A stretch of 64,000 bases of DNA from an uncultured Chloroflexia bacterium (GTDB lineage: Bacteria > Chloroflexota > Limnocylindria > Limnocylindrales > CSP1-4), in the NCBI GenBank assembly GCA_963713975.1, contig OY970218.1, forward strand, positions 64,001-128,000, given 5' to 3'. Below the pieces are notes generated by a model. It had not been told where the DNA came from. It searched no databases and saw nothing but the letters and a program-made list of their open reading frames with translations. A program made the translations under genes and the position numbers. Each line of letters opens with the position of its first letter. Position 1 is the stretch's first letter. This document shows, in pieces, positions 1 to 9,502 of the stretch.

Positions 1-36
1 CTCCGGCGCGGAGGCGGGTTGGTAGGGCTGTGCCAT
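1..36 (-). CDS. 5' end of a gene running off the left edge (MAQPYQPASAPE...)
   Basis: ATG at 36 on the minus strand with GGAGG about 8 nt upstream, just after the serS stop. Confidence 0.45.
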   Translation of the reverse strand, partial: MAQPYQPASAPE

Positions 37-78
37 GCGGAGATCCTCCCTGGAGCTGCTCGCCGGCGGCAAAGCCCC

Positions 79-1404
79 TCAGGCCGTGGCCGGTGCGCCA
101 ATCCTAGCTGCGCCCATGTAGGAGCGCAGGACGTCCGGGACGGCCACCGTCCCGTCGGGCTGCTGGTAGACCTCGAGGATCGCGGCCACGATCCGCGCCA
201 GCGCGAGGCCGGATCCGTTGAGCGTGTGCACGAGCTCAGGCTTCGCTCCCGCCTCCGGCCGATATCGGATGGCCATCCGGCGGGCCTGATAGTCCCCAAA
301 GTTGGAGCACGAGCTGACCTCCAGCCAGCGCTCCACGCCGGGCGCCCAGACCTCGAGGTCGTACTTCTTGCGCTGGACGAAGCCCATCTCGCCGGTGCTC
401 ATGAGCAGGACGCGGTAGGGCAGGCCCAGACGCTGGAGGAGGACCTCGGCGCGGGCCGTCATCCACTCGAGCGCCTCGGGGCTGTCCTCCGGCTTCTCGA
501 ACAGGACCATCTCCACCTTGTCGAACTGGTGGACGCGCAGGATTCCCCGGGTGTCCTTTCCCGCCGCCCCTGCCTCGCGACGGAAGCACGGGGAATACGC
601 CGCGTAGCGGATCGGCAGGTCGGACGCTTCCAGGATCTCGTCGCGGTGGAGGTTCGTGACCGGGACCTCGGCGGTGGGGACCAGGTACAGCTCGTCACGC
701 GTGACGACGTACATCTGGTCTTCCTTGTCCGGGATCTGCCCGGTTCCCCGCGCGGACGCCGTGTTCACCACGGCCGGCGGCCACACCTCGGTGAAGCCGT
801 GCTCGGTGGTGTGGACGTCGAGGAACCACGAGATGAGGCTGCGCTGGAGCCTTGATCCCGCACCCTTGTAGACGGGGAAGCCGGATCCGGCGATCTTGGC
901 GCCGCGCGGATTGTCGATGATGTCCAGGGACTCGCCGAGCTCCCAGTGGGGGCGGCGCTCCCAGGCCGCCCCATCAGGACCCGCCGACGCACGACTGCCA
1001 CGCTCGCCCCAGGTGCGGACGGTGACGTTGGCCTCCTCGCCACCAACGGGGACCTCGGGATCGGCCGGGTTGGGGATCCGGAGCAGGAGATCGGAGAGCT
1101 CGGCCTCGGCCTGGGCCAGCTCGGCATCGATCTCGTCGATCCGGCCTCCGGCCTGCGTCGACGCCGCGCGCAGGTCCGCCACCTCCGGGCCGTCCGGTCG
1201 GGCTCCGCCGCGGATGGCCTCGCCGATCCGCTTGCTGGCGGCATTGCGATCCGCCTTGAGCCCGTCCGATTCTGCCTGGAGCCGCCGGCGTCGGGCGTCG
1301 GTATCGAGCGCCCGGTCCACGAGATCCGGGTCCTCCCGCTTGTCGATGGCACCCTGGCGGATCCGCTCCGGCTCGTCCCGCAGCCGCTGCACGCCGACGC
1401 TCAT
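79..1404 (-). CDS. serS: Serine--tRNA ligase
   Basis: N-terminal coiled-coil arm; motifs LVPTAEV, CFRREAG, RVHQFDKVE, EVSSCSN, HTLNGSGLA. Start MSVGVQRL overlaps the lysS stop (ATGA). Confidence 0.97.
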   Translation of the reverse strand: MSVGVQRLRDEPERIRQGAIDKREDPDLVDRALDTDARRRRLQAESDGLKADRNAASKRIGEAIRGGARPDGPEVADLRAASTQAGGRIDEIDAELAQAEAELSDLLLRIPNPADPEVPVGGEEANVTVRTWGERGSRASAGPDGAAWERRPHWELGESLDIIDNPRGAKIAGSGFPVYKGAGSRLQRSLISWFLDVHTTEHGFTEVWPPAVVNTASARGTGQIPDKEDQMYVVTRDELYLVPTAEVPVTNLHRDEILEASDLPIRYAAYSPCFRREAGAAGKDTRGILRVHQFDKVEMVLFEKPEDSPEALEWMTARAEVLLQRLGLPYRVLLMSTGEMGFVQRKKYDLEVWAPGVERWLEVSSCSNFGDYQARRMAIRYRPEAGAKPELVHTLNGSGLALARIVAAILEVYQQPDGTVAVPDVLRSYMGAARIGAPATA

Positions 1405-3014
1405 GCGGTCGCCTCCCTGGTCTCCCCGGCTGCACCGGCCTCGGTCAGCCGGCGGATGACGAATTCGTGGTCCAGGCTGGACAGGAGCCATCCGGCGCGC
1501 GGTCCGTTGGCCCTGCCGAGGAAGGCGAGGTACAGGGCATTGAACGCGGCCTTGGCGTCCAGGCCGAGCACGCCGGCAATCGTGAAGATCGTCGTCTGCC
1601 ACTCCTCCCCGGACCCCGGCACGACCCCGCCGGCGGCCATCGCAAGGCCGGCCAGGAAGTCTCGTTGCTCAGGGCGCAGGAGGCCGGCTTCCTGGGGCAC
1701 GGCGTCGCGGTGGATCTCGATGCGGGAGCGCTCGGGCGCGTAGGCCTCTAGCCAGCGGTGCACCGAGATGAGGCGCATCTCGAGCTCGGCCGCCTCGGCC
1801 GCCGTCAGGGGCGATCCCTTCTCGGCGGCCACGCGGGCCGCAACGTCCACGCCGGGCACCTGCACCAGCAGGGCCAGGTGCGCGAACGCAGGCCGGAAGG
1901 CGTCGGCCATCGCCGCCACGTCCGCATCCGGATCGAGCAGCGAGTAGCGGAAGATCGAGTCATGTCCAGGTGGCAGCTCGCCCTTGACCTCGCGGCCGGC
2001 GGTTGCGGCGCCCAGGCGGTCGAACTCGTCGAACAGGCGCGGGACGGCGTCGGTGCCCTCCGGATCGAACTCGATCACGGACTCGGGGCGATGCCGGACG
2101 AACAGGAACCGCGTCTGCTCCGGGGGCACGACCTCGGTGAATTGGTGGGCGGCCGCTCCCCTGCCCTTGGAGGTCGACATCTTGCGGCCGCCGATGTTGA
2201 GGAACTCGTAGGGGAAGTTGATCGGGGGCTGCCGGTCGAACACCTCGCGCGCCACCGCGTCCGAACGGTCCCGACTCCCGCCCGCGGTCGCGAGGTCCTT
2301 GCCGTTGGGCTCGATCGTGACCCCGAACAGGCTCCACTGGGCCGCCCACTCCAGGTTCCAGGGGAGCTTGGCCGCCCCGCCGAACGGTGCGATCCGGCCG
2401 CTCCAGCCACAGCCCATCGCCCACGTGACGAGGTCGGGCCTGCACTCGACCGTCACAGTCTCGCCGTCCCAGTCGGAGGCGATCGTGGTCCCGACGCGCC
2501 CGCAGTCCGGACAGACGACACCCAGCGGCAGCCAATGGTCCGGGTGCTGGACGTTGGCCACGCGGCGATAGATGTCGCGGACGACGGCCGCCCGGTTCAA
2601 CGCCGTCCGGATGAACGGGTCCATCTGCCCTGTGGGGTAGATGTCGCTCATCCAGTAGTAGCGGTCGGGCACGATGCCGAGGCCGGCGAACGTGTCGATG
2701 AACGTCTGGGCGTGGTGGCGAGCGTAGGATGCGTGGCAGTCACCGGCCTGGTCCGGGATATGGGCGAGGGGGACGCCCATGTAGCGGTCGACGGCGTCGG
2801 GCGTCAGCAGGGCCTGGGCGTCCATGGAGTCCATGTCGTCGACGCCGTAGAGCAGCGTGGCCTCCAGGCCGCGGGCGCGCAGGGCGCGCGTGATCACGTC
2901 GAGGATCACAGGGCCACGCAGGCTGCCGACGTGGACGGTTCCGGACGGGGTCTTGGAGTCGTTGACGACCTGCGGTCCCTCGACGCTCGCCGCCAGCTCG
3001 TCAGCCCAGTCCAC
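1401..3014 (-). CDS. lysS: Lysine--tRNA ligase, class I
   Basis: MDWAD start, PSGTVHVGS (HIGH-like), CPDCG, KLPW...W, GKDL, KMSTSKG, C-terminal GPRAG. Confidence 0.93.
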   Translation of the reverse strand: MDWADELAASVEGPQVVNDSKTPSGTVHVGSLRGPVILDVITRALRARGLEATLLYGVDDMDSMDAQALLTPDAVDRYMGVPLAHIPDQAGDCHASYARHHAQTFIDTFAGLGIVPDRYYWMSDIYPTGQMDPFIRTALNRAAVVRDIYRRVANVQHPDHWLPLGVVCPDCGRVGTTIASDWDGETVTVECRPDLVTWAMGCGWSGRIAPFGGAAKLPWNLEWAAQWSLFGVTIEPNGKDLATAGGSRDRSDAVAREVFDRQPPINFPYEFLNIGGRKMSTSKGRGAAAHQFTEVVPPEQTRFLFVRHRPESVIEFDPEGTDAVPRLFDEFDRLGAATAGREVKGELPPGHDSIFRYSLLDPDADVAAMADAFRPAFAHLALLVQVPGVDVAARVAAEKGSPLTAAEAAELEMRLISVHRWLEAYAPERSRIEIHRDAVPQEAGLLRPEQRDFLAGLAMAAGGVVPGSGEEWQTTIFTIAGVLGLDAKAAFNALYLAFLGRANGPRAGWLLSSLDHEFVIRRLTEAGAAGETREATA

Positions 3015-3097
3015 GGTGCTGCCCCTCTCTCCGGCGCGTGCGCTGCCGGGCCGGTCCCGTCGCGCCGCCTGGTGCCGGCCGCGGGGCCGTGATGCGT

Positions 3098-3562
3098 CTA
3101 ACTGATCTCGAGGATCTTGTACGCGAAGTCGCCGGCCGGAACCTTGACCACGACCTTGTCGCCCTTCCTGCGGCCCAGCAGGGCACGGCCGACGGGCGAC
3201 TCGTTGGAGATGCGGCCCTCGGCGGGCTTGGCCTCGGCCGAGCCGACGATGTAGAACGTCTCAGTGCCGTCGTCACCCGCGACCTTGACGTTGGACCCGA
3301 TCTGGACGTGGTCCGTCGACGTGTGCTCGTCGATCAGGGAGGCGTTCTTGATCATCCCCTCGAGCGTCTGGATCCGGCCTTCGACGAACGCCTGTTCATT
3401 CTTGGCGTCCTCGTACTCGGCGTTCTCCGAGAGGTCCCCGTGCTCCTTCGCATCGTGGATCCGCTGCGCGATCTCGGGACGTTGGACGGTCACCATCTCA
3501 TCCAGCTCCGCGCGGAGCTTGTCGAGGCCGTCCTTGCTGATGTAGGTGGTCTTGCTGTTCAC
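3098..3562 (-). CDS. greA: Transcription elongation factor GreA
   Basis: HGDLSENAEYEDAK and ISNESPVGRALLG motifs; GTG start at 3562. Confidence 0.96.
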   Translation of the reverse strand: MNSKTTYISKDGLDKLRAELDEMVTVQRPEIAQRIHDAKEHGDLSENAEYEDAKNEQAFVEGRIQTLEGMIKNASLIDEHTSTDHVQIGSNVKVAGDDGTETFYIVGSAEAKPAEGRISNESPVGRALLGRRKGDKVVVKVPAGDFAYKILEIS

Positions 3563-3621
3563 GCGGGCGAGCCCCCGGGGCGCGGACCGGCATCGCTGGA
3601 TGCCGCCGCTCGGTCGGTCTG

Positions 3622-3663
3622 AACAAAAGGACCCCGGGACGCTTCGTTGGCGCCGCCGAGGTT
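3622..3663 (-). terminator. Intrinsic terminator-like hairpin in the greA leader (candidate attenuator)
   Basis: Minus strand ACCUCGG-C-GGCGC-loop-GCGUC-CCGGGGU followed by CCUUUUGUU, between the promoter and the greA start. Confidence 0.55.
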
Positions 3664-3678
3664 CGCTGATCGGGCGGA

Positions 3679-3708
3679 ATGGTATCGGTGGAACCCCCGA
3701 ACCGTCAA
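3679..3708 (-). promoter_or_regulatory. Sigma70-type promoter of greA
   Basis: TTGACG-18 nt-TACCAT on the minus strand. Confidence 0.6.
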
Positions 3709-3767
3709 AGGCGGGTGCCATGGCAAGGACCCCGAGGCGCTCACGGCGCCATCGGCGCAACCGGGGC

Positions 3768-4835
3768 TCAGAACCGGATCAGGGCCGCCGCGTTGTCGTG
3801 GTACACGCGTCGCAGCACGTCGTCGGGGAGGTGGAGCCCGTGGATGCGCCAGCGCCCCTGGCTGGGCGGCTCCTCGCCGTCGGCGTCGTATGCGAACGAC
3901 TCGTCGGCGGTCTCCAGGAACCGGTAGTAAACGGACCACCAGGCGGGGTCCGGAGCCATGTCCGTGCCAAACAGGATGCGGTCCGCCCAGCGAGTGATGA
4001 AGGCGCGCGAGGCGTATGGCTGGCGGCCCAGCTCGGCGATCCGGGCGGCCAGGTCCACGCGGAAGTTCGGCGCCCGCTCCAGGATCCTTGAGACCCGCCC
4101 GAGGTCCTCCGCGGCGCAGCCGACGTGGGCGCCGATAAAGGTGGTCCTCGGGTGCCGGATGACGACCGCCTCGAGCCCGTCGATGATCTCGTCGAATGGG
4201 GGAAACCCGTCCAGCTCAGGGCGTCTGGCCGGGCGGGTGGGCCAGAAGTGCCAGTCGGGGTGGGCGTGAAGCTCCTCCCATCGCTCGTTCCGGGGGTCGA
4301 GGGGCTCGAAGAAGGCCACCGGGTCCGCCACGTGGATCGTCACCGGGACGCCCAGCTCCCCCGCCGTCGCCCACAGCACGTCGAGCCGGCCATCGTCGAC
4401 GGCGACGAGCCGGCCCCGCGGGTCCCGCGCCCGCAGGCCAAGCAGCTTCCACACCTTCAGGCCCCGGGCACCGGCCGCCACACCATCCCGCAGCCGGGCC
4501 GCCTCGGTCACACCGAACTCCGGATCGACCGCCCAGCGCCCGTAGTCGAGCCCCGCGAACACCGCCACCCTGCCTGGCAGCGCAGCCTGCCAGCGGTCGA
4601 TCTCGCGGAGCAGCGAGTCCCCCCAGCCGCCGTCGAGGTCGACGATGCGTTCGACGCCCGCGCTGTCGAGGACTGCGGCCAGCTCGTCCGCGGACCGGGT
4701 CGCCCAGTCCCCGCCGAACGGCAGGCCGAGGTGGTTGTGGGCGTCGATGACCGGAAACCGCGGCCGCGCCACCTCGTGGGTGGCGACCCGGAGCGCCTGC
4801 CGCGGCCGGTAGTCCTCGAGCGCCAGGCGGTCCAC
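3768..4835 (-). CDS. Amidohydrolase_2-family metal-dependent hydrolase
   Basis: IDAHNH metal motif, GARGLK, IHVAD, IGAH, ILFGTD, VYHDNA. Confidence 0.85.
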   Translation of the reverse strand: MDRLALEDYRPRQALRVATHEVARPRFPVIDAHNHLGLPFGGDWATRSADELAAVLDSAGVERIVDLDGGWGDSLLREIDRWQAALPGRVAVFAGLDYGRWAVDPEFGVTEAARLRDGVAAGARGLKVWKLLGLRARDPRGRLVAVDDGRLDVLWATAGELGVPVTIHVADPVAFFEPLDPRNERWEELHAHPDWHFWPTRPARRPELDGFPPFDEIIDGLEAVVIRHPRTTFIGAHVGCAAEDLGRVSRILERAPNFRVDLAARIAELGRQPYASRAFITRWADRILFGTDMAPDPAWWSVYYRFLETADESFAYDADGEEPPSQGRWRIHGLHLPDDVLRRVYHDNAAALIRF

Positions 4836-4842
4836 AGTCGCC

Positions 4843-5754
4843 TCAGCCCTTCAGCCCGGTCAGGGCGATGCCTCGGACGAAGTACTTCTGGGCGATCACG
4901 AACAGCGTCACCATCGGCACGAGGCTCACCATCGCCCCGGCCATCATCTCCGGCCACTTGCCCACGTACTGGCCCTGGAAGAACGCCAGGCCCACCGTCG
5001 TCGTGTACTGGTCCAGGTCGCGGAGGTAGATCAGCGGGATGAGCAGGTCGTTCCACGACCACATGAAGATGAAGATCGCGAGCGTGGCCAGGGCCGGGCG
5101 CGCCAGCGGGATGTACACGTGGCGGTAGATCTGCCACGGGTTCGCGCCATCGACCCGCGCCGCGTCCGCGAGCTCGGTGGGGATGGCGAGGAAGAACTGG
5201 CGGAGCAGGAAGATCCCGAAGGCGCCGCCCAGGAACGATGCGAGCCACAAGGGCTCCTGGGTGCCGATGAAGTTGCCCGAGTCGCTGAACGGGTTGGGCA
5301 GCGTCCTCCACAGGATGAAGTTGGGCACCAGCACGACCTGGAAGGGGATGATCAGGGTGGCCATCAGGACCCCGAACAGGAAGTTCCGCCCGCGGAACGG
5401 GATCACCGCGAAGGCAAACGCCGCCAGCGAGCAGGCGAACAGCTCGCCGATGGTGTTGAGACCGGCGATCTTGAGCGAGTTGAGGAAGAACGTCCCGAAC
5501 GTCACATCGCCGAAGGCGTTCCACATCCGCTCATAGTTCTCCCAGTGCGGCCCGGTGGGCAGCGAGAGCGGCGGGGCAGCGAAGACCTCCGCCCGCGTCT
5601 TGAGCGACGTCAGGAGCATCCAGAAGAACGGGATCATCATCAGCAGGCCGCCCACGATGAGCGTCACGTACGCGGCGACACGACCGGCGATGAAGCGCGA
5701 TCGGCTGCGCCGGTACGGCGTGTGAGACGGCGCGGGGAGCGGCGTGGCGCTCAT
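4843..5754 (-). CDS. Carbohydrate ABC transporter permease (MalG-like)
   Basis: LRQFF..IPTELADAARVDGA (EAA loop), SWND, multiple TM segments. Confidence 0.93.
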   Translation of the reverse strand: MSATPLPAPSHTPYRRSRSRFIAGRVAAYVTLIVGGLLMMIPFFWMLLTSLKTRAEVFAAPPLSLPTGPHWENYERMWNAFGDVTFGTFFLNSLKIAGLNTIGELFACSLAAFAFAVIPFRGRNFLFGVLMATLIIPFQVVLVPNFILWRTLPNPFSDSGNFIGTQEPLWLASFLGGAFGIFLLRQFFLAIPTELADAARVDGANPWQIYRHVYIPLARPALATLAIFIFMWSWNDLLIPLIYLRDLDQYTTTVGLAFFQGQYVGKWPEMMAGAMVSLVPMVTLFVIAQKYFVRGIALTGLKG

Positions 5755-5764
5755 CGTCCGCGCC

Positions 5765-6730
5765 TCACTGGTAGTGCACCCAGCGCCGCTGCGAGCGGAA
5801 GTACCCCAGCATCAGGACGGCCACGATCAGGAACAGGACCCACGAGGCAGCGCTCGCGTAGCCCATCTTGAAGTTGCGGAAGCCGTTCTCGTAGATGAAG
5901 TAGACCATCGTGATGGTCGCGTCGGTGGGCTTGCCGGGCCGGGACAGGACGAAGACCTGGTCGAACACCTGGAAGGCGCCGATCAGGCTCAGGATCCCGG
6001 TGAAGAACAGGCTCGGCGTGAGCAGCGGCAACGTGACGTGCCGGAAGCGCCCGGGCCGGCCGGCGCCGTCGACGCTGGCCGCGTCGTAGTAGTCACCCGG
6101 GATCGCCTGGAGGCCGGCAAGGAAGATGATGGTGTTGGCGGGCAGCCCCTGCCAGATCGACATCGCGATGATCGAGGGCATCGCCCAGAACGGGTCCGAG
6201 ATCCATTTCTGGGGCGGGAGGCCCAGCGTGATGAGCAGCTGGTTGAGGAGGCCGCTGGTCGGGCTGTAGATCCAGGCCCAGACGAGGCCGACCGCGATGG
6301 CCGACGTGACCAGCGGTAGGAAGTACATCGTCCGGATCCACGAGATCCCCCTGATGGCCTGGTTGAGCGCGAGGGCGAGGCCGAGCGACAGGGCCATCCC
6401 GAGTGGCACGGAGACCAGGGTGTAGAAGGTCGTGTTGCGCAGCGCCATCAGGAACCGCTTGTCATCGACCAGCTTCAGGTAGTTCTCCAGGCCGACGAGC
6501 TCGGGCGGCCGCAGCAGGTCCCAGCTCGTGAAGCTGATCCCGAGCGTCGCGAGGATCGGTCCGGCGGAGAAGAACGCCAGGCCCAGCACCATCGGCGTGA
6601 CGAACAGCCATGCCCACCGTTCGTCGCGCGCCCGGGGACCGCGGCGCTGTGGAGCACCGCCGCGGTCCCGAGTGAAGCGCATGCCGATCCAGCCCGAACC
6701 GTACGACCGGCGCCCAGGCACGTTGCTCAC
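5765..6730 (-). CDS. Carbohydrate ABC transporter permease (MalF-like)
   Basis: LAGLQAIP..YYDAASVDGA, FQVFDQV, GYASA; start may be the ATG near 6682. Confidence 0.93.
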   Translation of the reverse strand: MSNVPGRRSYGSGWIGMRFTRDRGGAPQRRGPRARDERWAWLFVTPMVLGLAFFSAGPILATLGISFTSWDLLRPPELVGLENYLKLVDDKRFLMALRNTTFYTLVSVPLGMALSLGLALALNQAIRGISWIRTMYFLPLVTSAIAVGLVWAWIYSPTSGLLNQLLITLGLPPQKWISDPFWAMPSIIAMSIWQGLPANTIIFLAGLQAIPGDYYDAASVDGAGRPGRFRHVTLPLLTPSLFFTGILSLIGAFQVFDQVFVLSRPGKPTDATITMVYFIYENGFRNFKMGYASAASWVLFLIVAVLMLGYFRSQRRWVHYQ

Positions 6731-6770
6731 GGCTTGCCCTCGAGCACGATCGTTGCCCAGGCCGCCGACG

Positions 6771-8144
6771 CTACGGCTGGTTGGCCGCGAGGATGCTGTT
6801 CAGCTCGTCGTTGACGGACGCGAGCGCCTCGGCCGCGGTCTTGTTGGGGGCGTTGAACACGTCCGCGTCGAGCTCGGTCTGGAGGATCGTGTTGAACTCG
6901 TTGTAGCCCGGGAAGGCCGGCTTGAGATGGGCGAAGGCGAGTGAGTCCGCGAACACCTGGGCGCCGTCGAACGACGACGGGTAGGTGGTCGCGAGGATCT
7001 CCTTGTTCACCGGCACCGAGGCCTTGAGGGCCATGATCTTCTCCTGCGCCTCAGGGCTGGCGAGGTACTTCGTGAGCAGCCACGACGCCTCGGGGGCCTT
7101 CGTGCCGGAGTACACGACGGCGCCGGTCGGGTTGACCGAGGTCGCCTTGCCGGCCGCGCCGGCGGGGAGCGGTGCGATGCCCAGGTTGATGCCGGCCGCC
7201 TCGTGGGTCGGGACCAGCCAGGAGCCGTTGATCTCCATGGCCGCCACCTGCTGCTCGAAGGCGTCACCCGTCTCGGCGAAGATCGCCGGATCGGGAACGA
7301 TCTTGTCCTTCCAGATCAGGTCCTGCAGGAACTGGATCCCGGCCGCGGATTCGGGCCGGTCCAGCGCGGACTTCGTCCCGTCCTCGGTGATGATGTCGCC
7401 ACCGGCCTGCCACACGAACGACGACCAGGCGTTCTCCATGTCGGTCGTCTCGGTGTACATGCCCCACTGGTCGATGGTGCCGTCGCCGTTGGTGTCCTTG
7501 GTCAGCTGCTTGCCCACCTCGACCAGCTTGTCCCAGGTCCAGGTGTCGTCCGGGTAGGCGATGCCGGCCGCATCGAACATGTCCTTGTTGTAGAAGAGCG
7601 CGATCACGTTGAGATCACGAGGCAGGCCGAACACGACGCCGTCCTTGGTGGTGAAGTCCTTGACCGAGTTGTCGTCAAGCTGGCCGAGGTCGTAGCCCTC
7701 GGCCTCGATGTACGGGGTCAGGTCGAGCAGCACGTCGCGGGTCTGGTAGTCGGGTCCCAGCGGGCCGTCCATGGCAAAGACGTCGGGTGCCGCTCCGCCC
7801 GCAAGGCCGGTCTGGAGCTTGTCCCAGTAGGCGTCCCAGTCGGCCACCGTCACGTCCACCGTGATGTTGGGGTTCGCCGCGGTGAAGCCCTCGACGACGG
7901 CCTTCTGGCTGTTGATCTCGGCCGGGTCGCCCCAGATCGCGTACTCGATCGTCACGGGCGGGCCGGAATAGCCGGAATCCGTGCCGGGCTCGCCCGACAC
8001 CGCGGGAGCGGTGGTCCCCGCCCCGGCGGTCGCCGGCGCGGGCGAGGTGGTCGTCGTGCCGCCACAGGCACCGGCCACGAGGGCCAGTCCTGCGACGGCG
8101 ACGGCGACGTTGCGCCACCGTCCCAGTCGATTGGTCGCGAGCAT
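6771..8144 (-). CDS. Sugar ABC transporter substrate-binding lipoprotein
   Basis: Lipobox LVAGAC, Thr/Pro/Ala linker, APDVF, LFYNKDMF, WTWD; GGAGGAGG RBS before ATG 8144. Confidence 0.92.
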   Translation of the reverse strand: MLATNRLGRWRNVAVAVAGLALVAGACGGTTTTSPAPATAGAGTTAPAVSGEPGTDSGYSGPPVTIEYAIWGDPAEINSQKAVVEGFTAANPNITVDVTVADWDAYWDKLQTGLAGGAAPDVFAMDGPLGPDYQTRDVLLDLTPYIEAEGYDLGQLDDNSVKDFTTKDGVVFGLPRDLNVIALFYNKDMFDAAGIAYPDDTWTWDKLVEVGKQLTKDTNGDGTIDQWGMYTETTDMENAWSSFVWQAGGDIITEDGTKSALDRPESAAGIQFLQDLIWKDKIVPDPAIFAETGDAFEQQVAAMEINGSWLVPTHEAAGINLGIAPLPAGAAGKATSVNPTGAVVYSGTKAPEASWLLTKYLASPEAQEKIMALKASVPVNKEILATTYPSSFDGAQVFADSLAFAHLKPAFPGYNEFNTILQTELDADVFNAPNKTAAEALASVNDELNSILAANQP

Positions 8145-8164
8145 CCTGGTCCTCCTCCTGCGGC

Positions 8165-9502
8165 TCATTCGAGCCAGTCCGGTGCCGAGCCACCGAGCCA
8201 GCCGGGAAGCCATTCCTCCTCGGCCTCGATGAGCTCGTCGGTGAGCTGCCAGGCCTGGTCGAGCGTGAGGCTGGCCTGGACGATGGGATCGGTGAGCACG
8301 GCGTGATAGACGAGGTCCCGGTCCTCGTCGAGGGCCGCGCGGACGGTGAGCTCCTGGCAGTCGACCGCGGGCCGGGTGTACGCCGCGCATTGCGGCGGGA
8401 GGGCGGCGAGCGCGGTGGGATGGACGCCCATGCCGTCGACCAGTGCCGGCACCTCCACGCACGCGTCCGCGGCGAGGTTCGGGATCAGGGCGGCACCGGT
8501 GGCGGGACCGCCTGGTCCGAAGTTCATGACGTTGGCGACGATGCGACTCGGGTCGCCCGTCGTCATCGAGTTGATGATCACCGAGGCGTACTCGCCGCTG
8601 CGCTCGATCTCGAAGCCGTCGCCGGCGTCGAGGCCGCGCTTGGTCGCCTCGTACTCGTCGAGGTTGTGGGCGACCCGCGAGAGGTACTCGCCGATCGGCA
8701 CGTGGAAGGGCTCGACCTGGCCCTTGGGGATGAACCACGGGTTGTACTCGGCGTGGTGCTCCGACGACTCCGTCGGGTACCAGCCGAAGCGGCGGTAGAT
8801 GTCCGCCCGCACGAGGTCGTCCTCGGGCACACGACCCGCCGCGACGAACTCCTCGAGGTCCGGATAGAGGTCGCGGCCGCGGTGCTCGAGGCGCAGGATC
8901 CAGGCGAGGTGGTTCACCCCGCCGGACAGCGCGTCCACCTCGGCCACCGGCACGCCGAGGTATCCCGCGAGCCGGTCGACCGTCCAGTAGACGGAGTGGC
9001 AGAGGCCAACCGTTGGAACGCCGAGCGCCTCGTCGACCGCCCTGACGAGCATGCCCATCGGGTTCGTGTAGTTGAGGAACAGCGCGTCGGGGCAGACGTC
9101 CGCCATGTCTGCGGCGATCCCGAGCACGACGGGGATCGTGCGCAGGCCCCGGAGCACGCCACCGACGTTGATCGTGTCGTTGATGGTGTAGCGCAGCCCG
9201 TAGCGGGCCGGGATGTCGAAGTCGACCTGGGTCGCGCGGGAACCCCCGACCTGGATCGTGTTGATCACGTAGTCCGCGTCCTCGAGGGCGGCTCGCCGGT
9301 CGAGGTGGCCCGTGATGGTCGGCGCCGCCCCGAGGGCGTCCGCCGTCCAGGCGGCCATGCGCTCCGCCGTGCGCAGCCGGTCCGCATCGATGTCGTGGAG
9401 GACGAGGTCCGCGTCACGCAGGGCCGGGAAGGACAGGATGTCGCCCAGCAGGTTGCGGGTGAACTCGACGCTGCCCGCGCCCACGAGAACGATCCTGGTC
9501 AT
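8165..9502 (-). CDS. Family 4 glycoside hydrolase (NAD+/Mn-dependent, alpha-galactosidase MelA-like)
   Basis: IVLVGAGS, LNYTNPM, VGLCHSV, GVNHLAW, TESSEHHAEYNPWF, CVEVPA. Confidence 0.9.
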   Translation of the reverse strand: MTRIVLVGAGSVEFTRNLLGDILSFPALRDADLVLHDIDADRLRTAERMAAWTADALGAAPTITGHLDRRAALEDADYVINTIQVGGSRATQVDFDIPARYGLRYTINDTINVGGVLRGLRTIPVVLGIAADMADVCPDALFLNYTNPMGMLVRAVDEALGVPTVGLCHSVYWTVDRLAGYLGVPVAEVDALSGGVNHLAWILRLEHRGRDLYPDLEEFVAAGRVPEDDLVRADIYRRFGWYPTESSEHHAEYNPWFIPKGQVEPFHVPIGEYLSRVAHNLDEYEATKRGLDAGDGFEIERSGEYASVIINSMTTGDPSRIVANVMNFGPGGPATGAALIPNLAADACVEVPALVDGMGVHPTALAALPPQCAAYTRPAVDCQELTVRAALDEDRDLVYHAVLTDPIVQASLTLDQAWQLTDELIEAEEEWLPGWLGGSAPDWLE

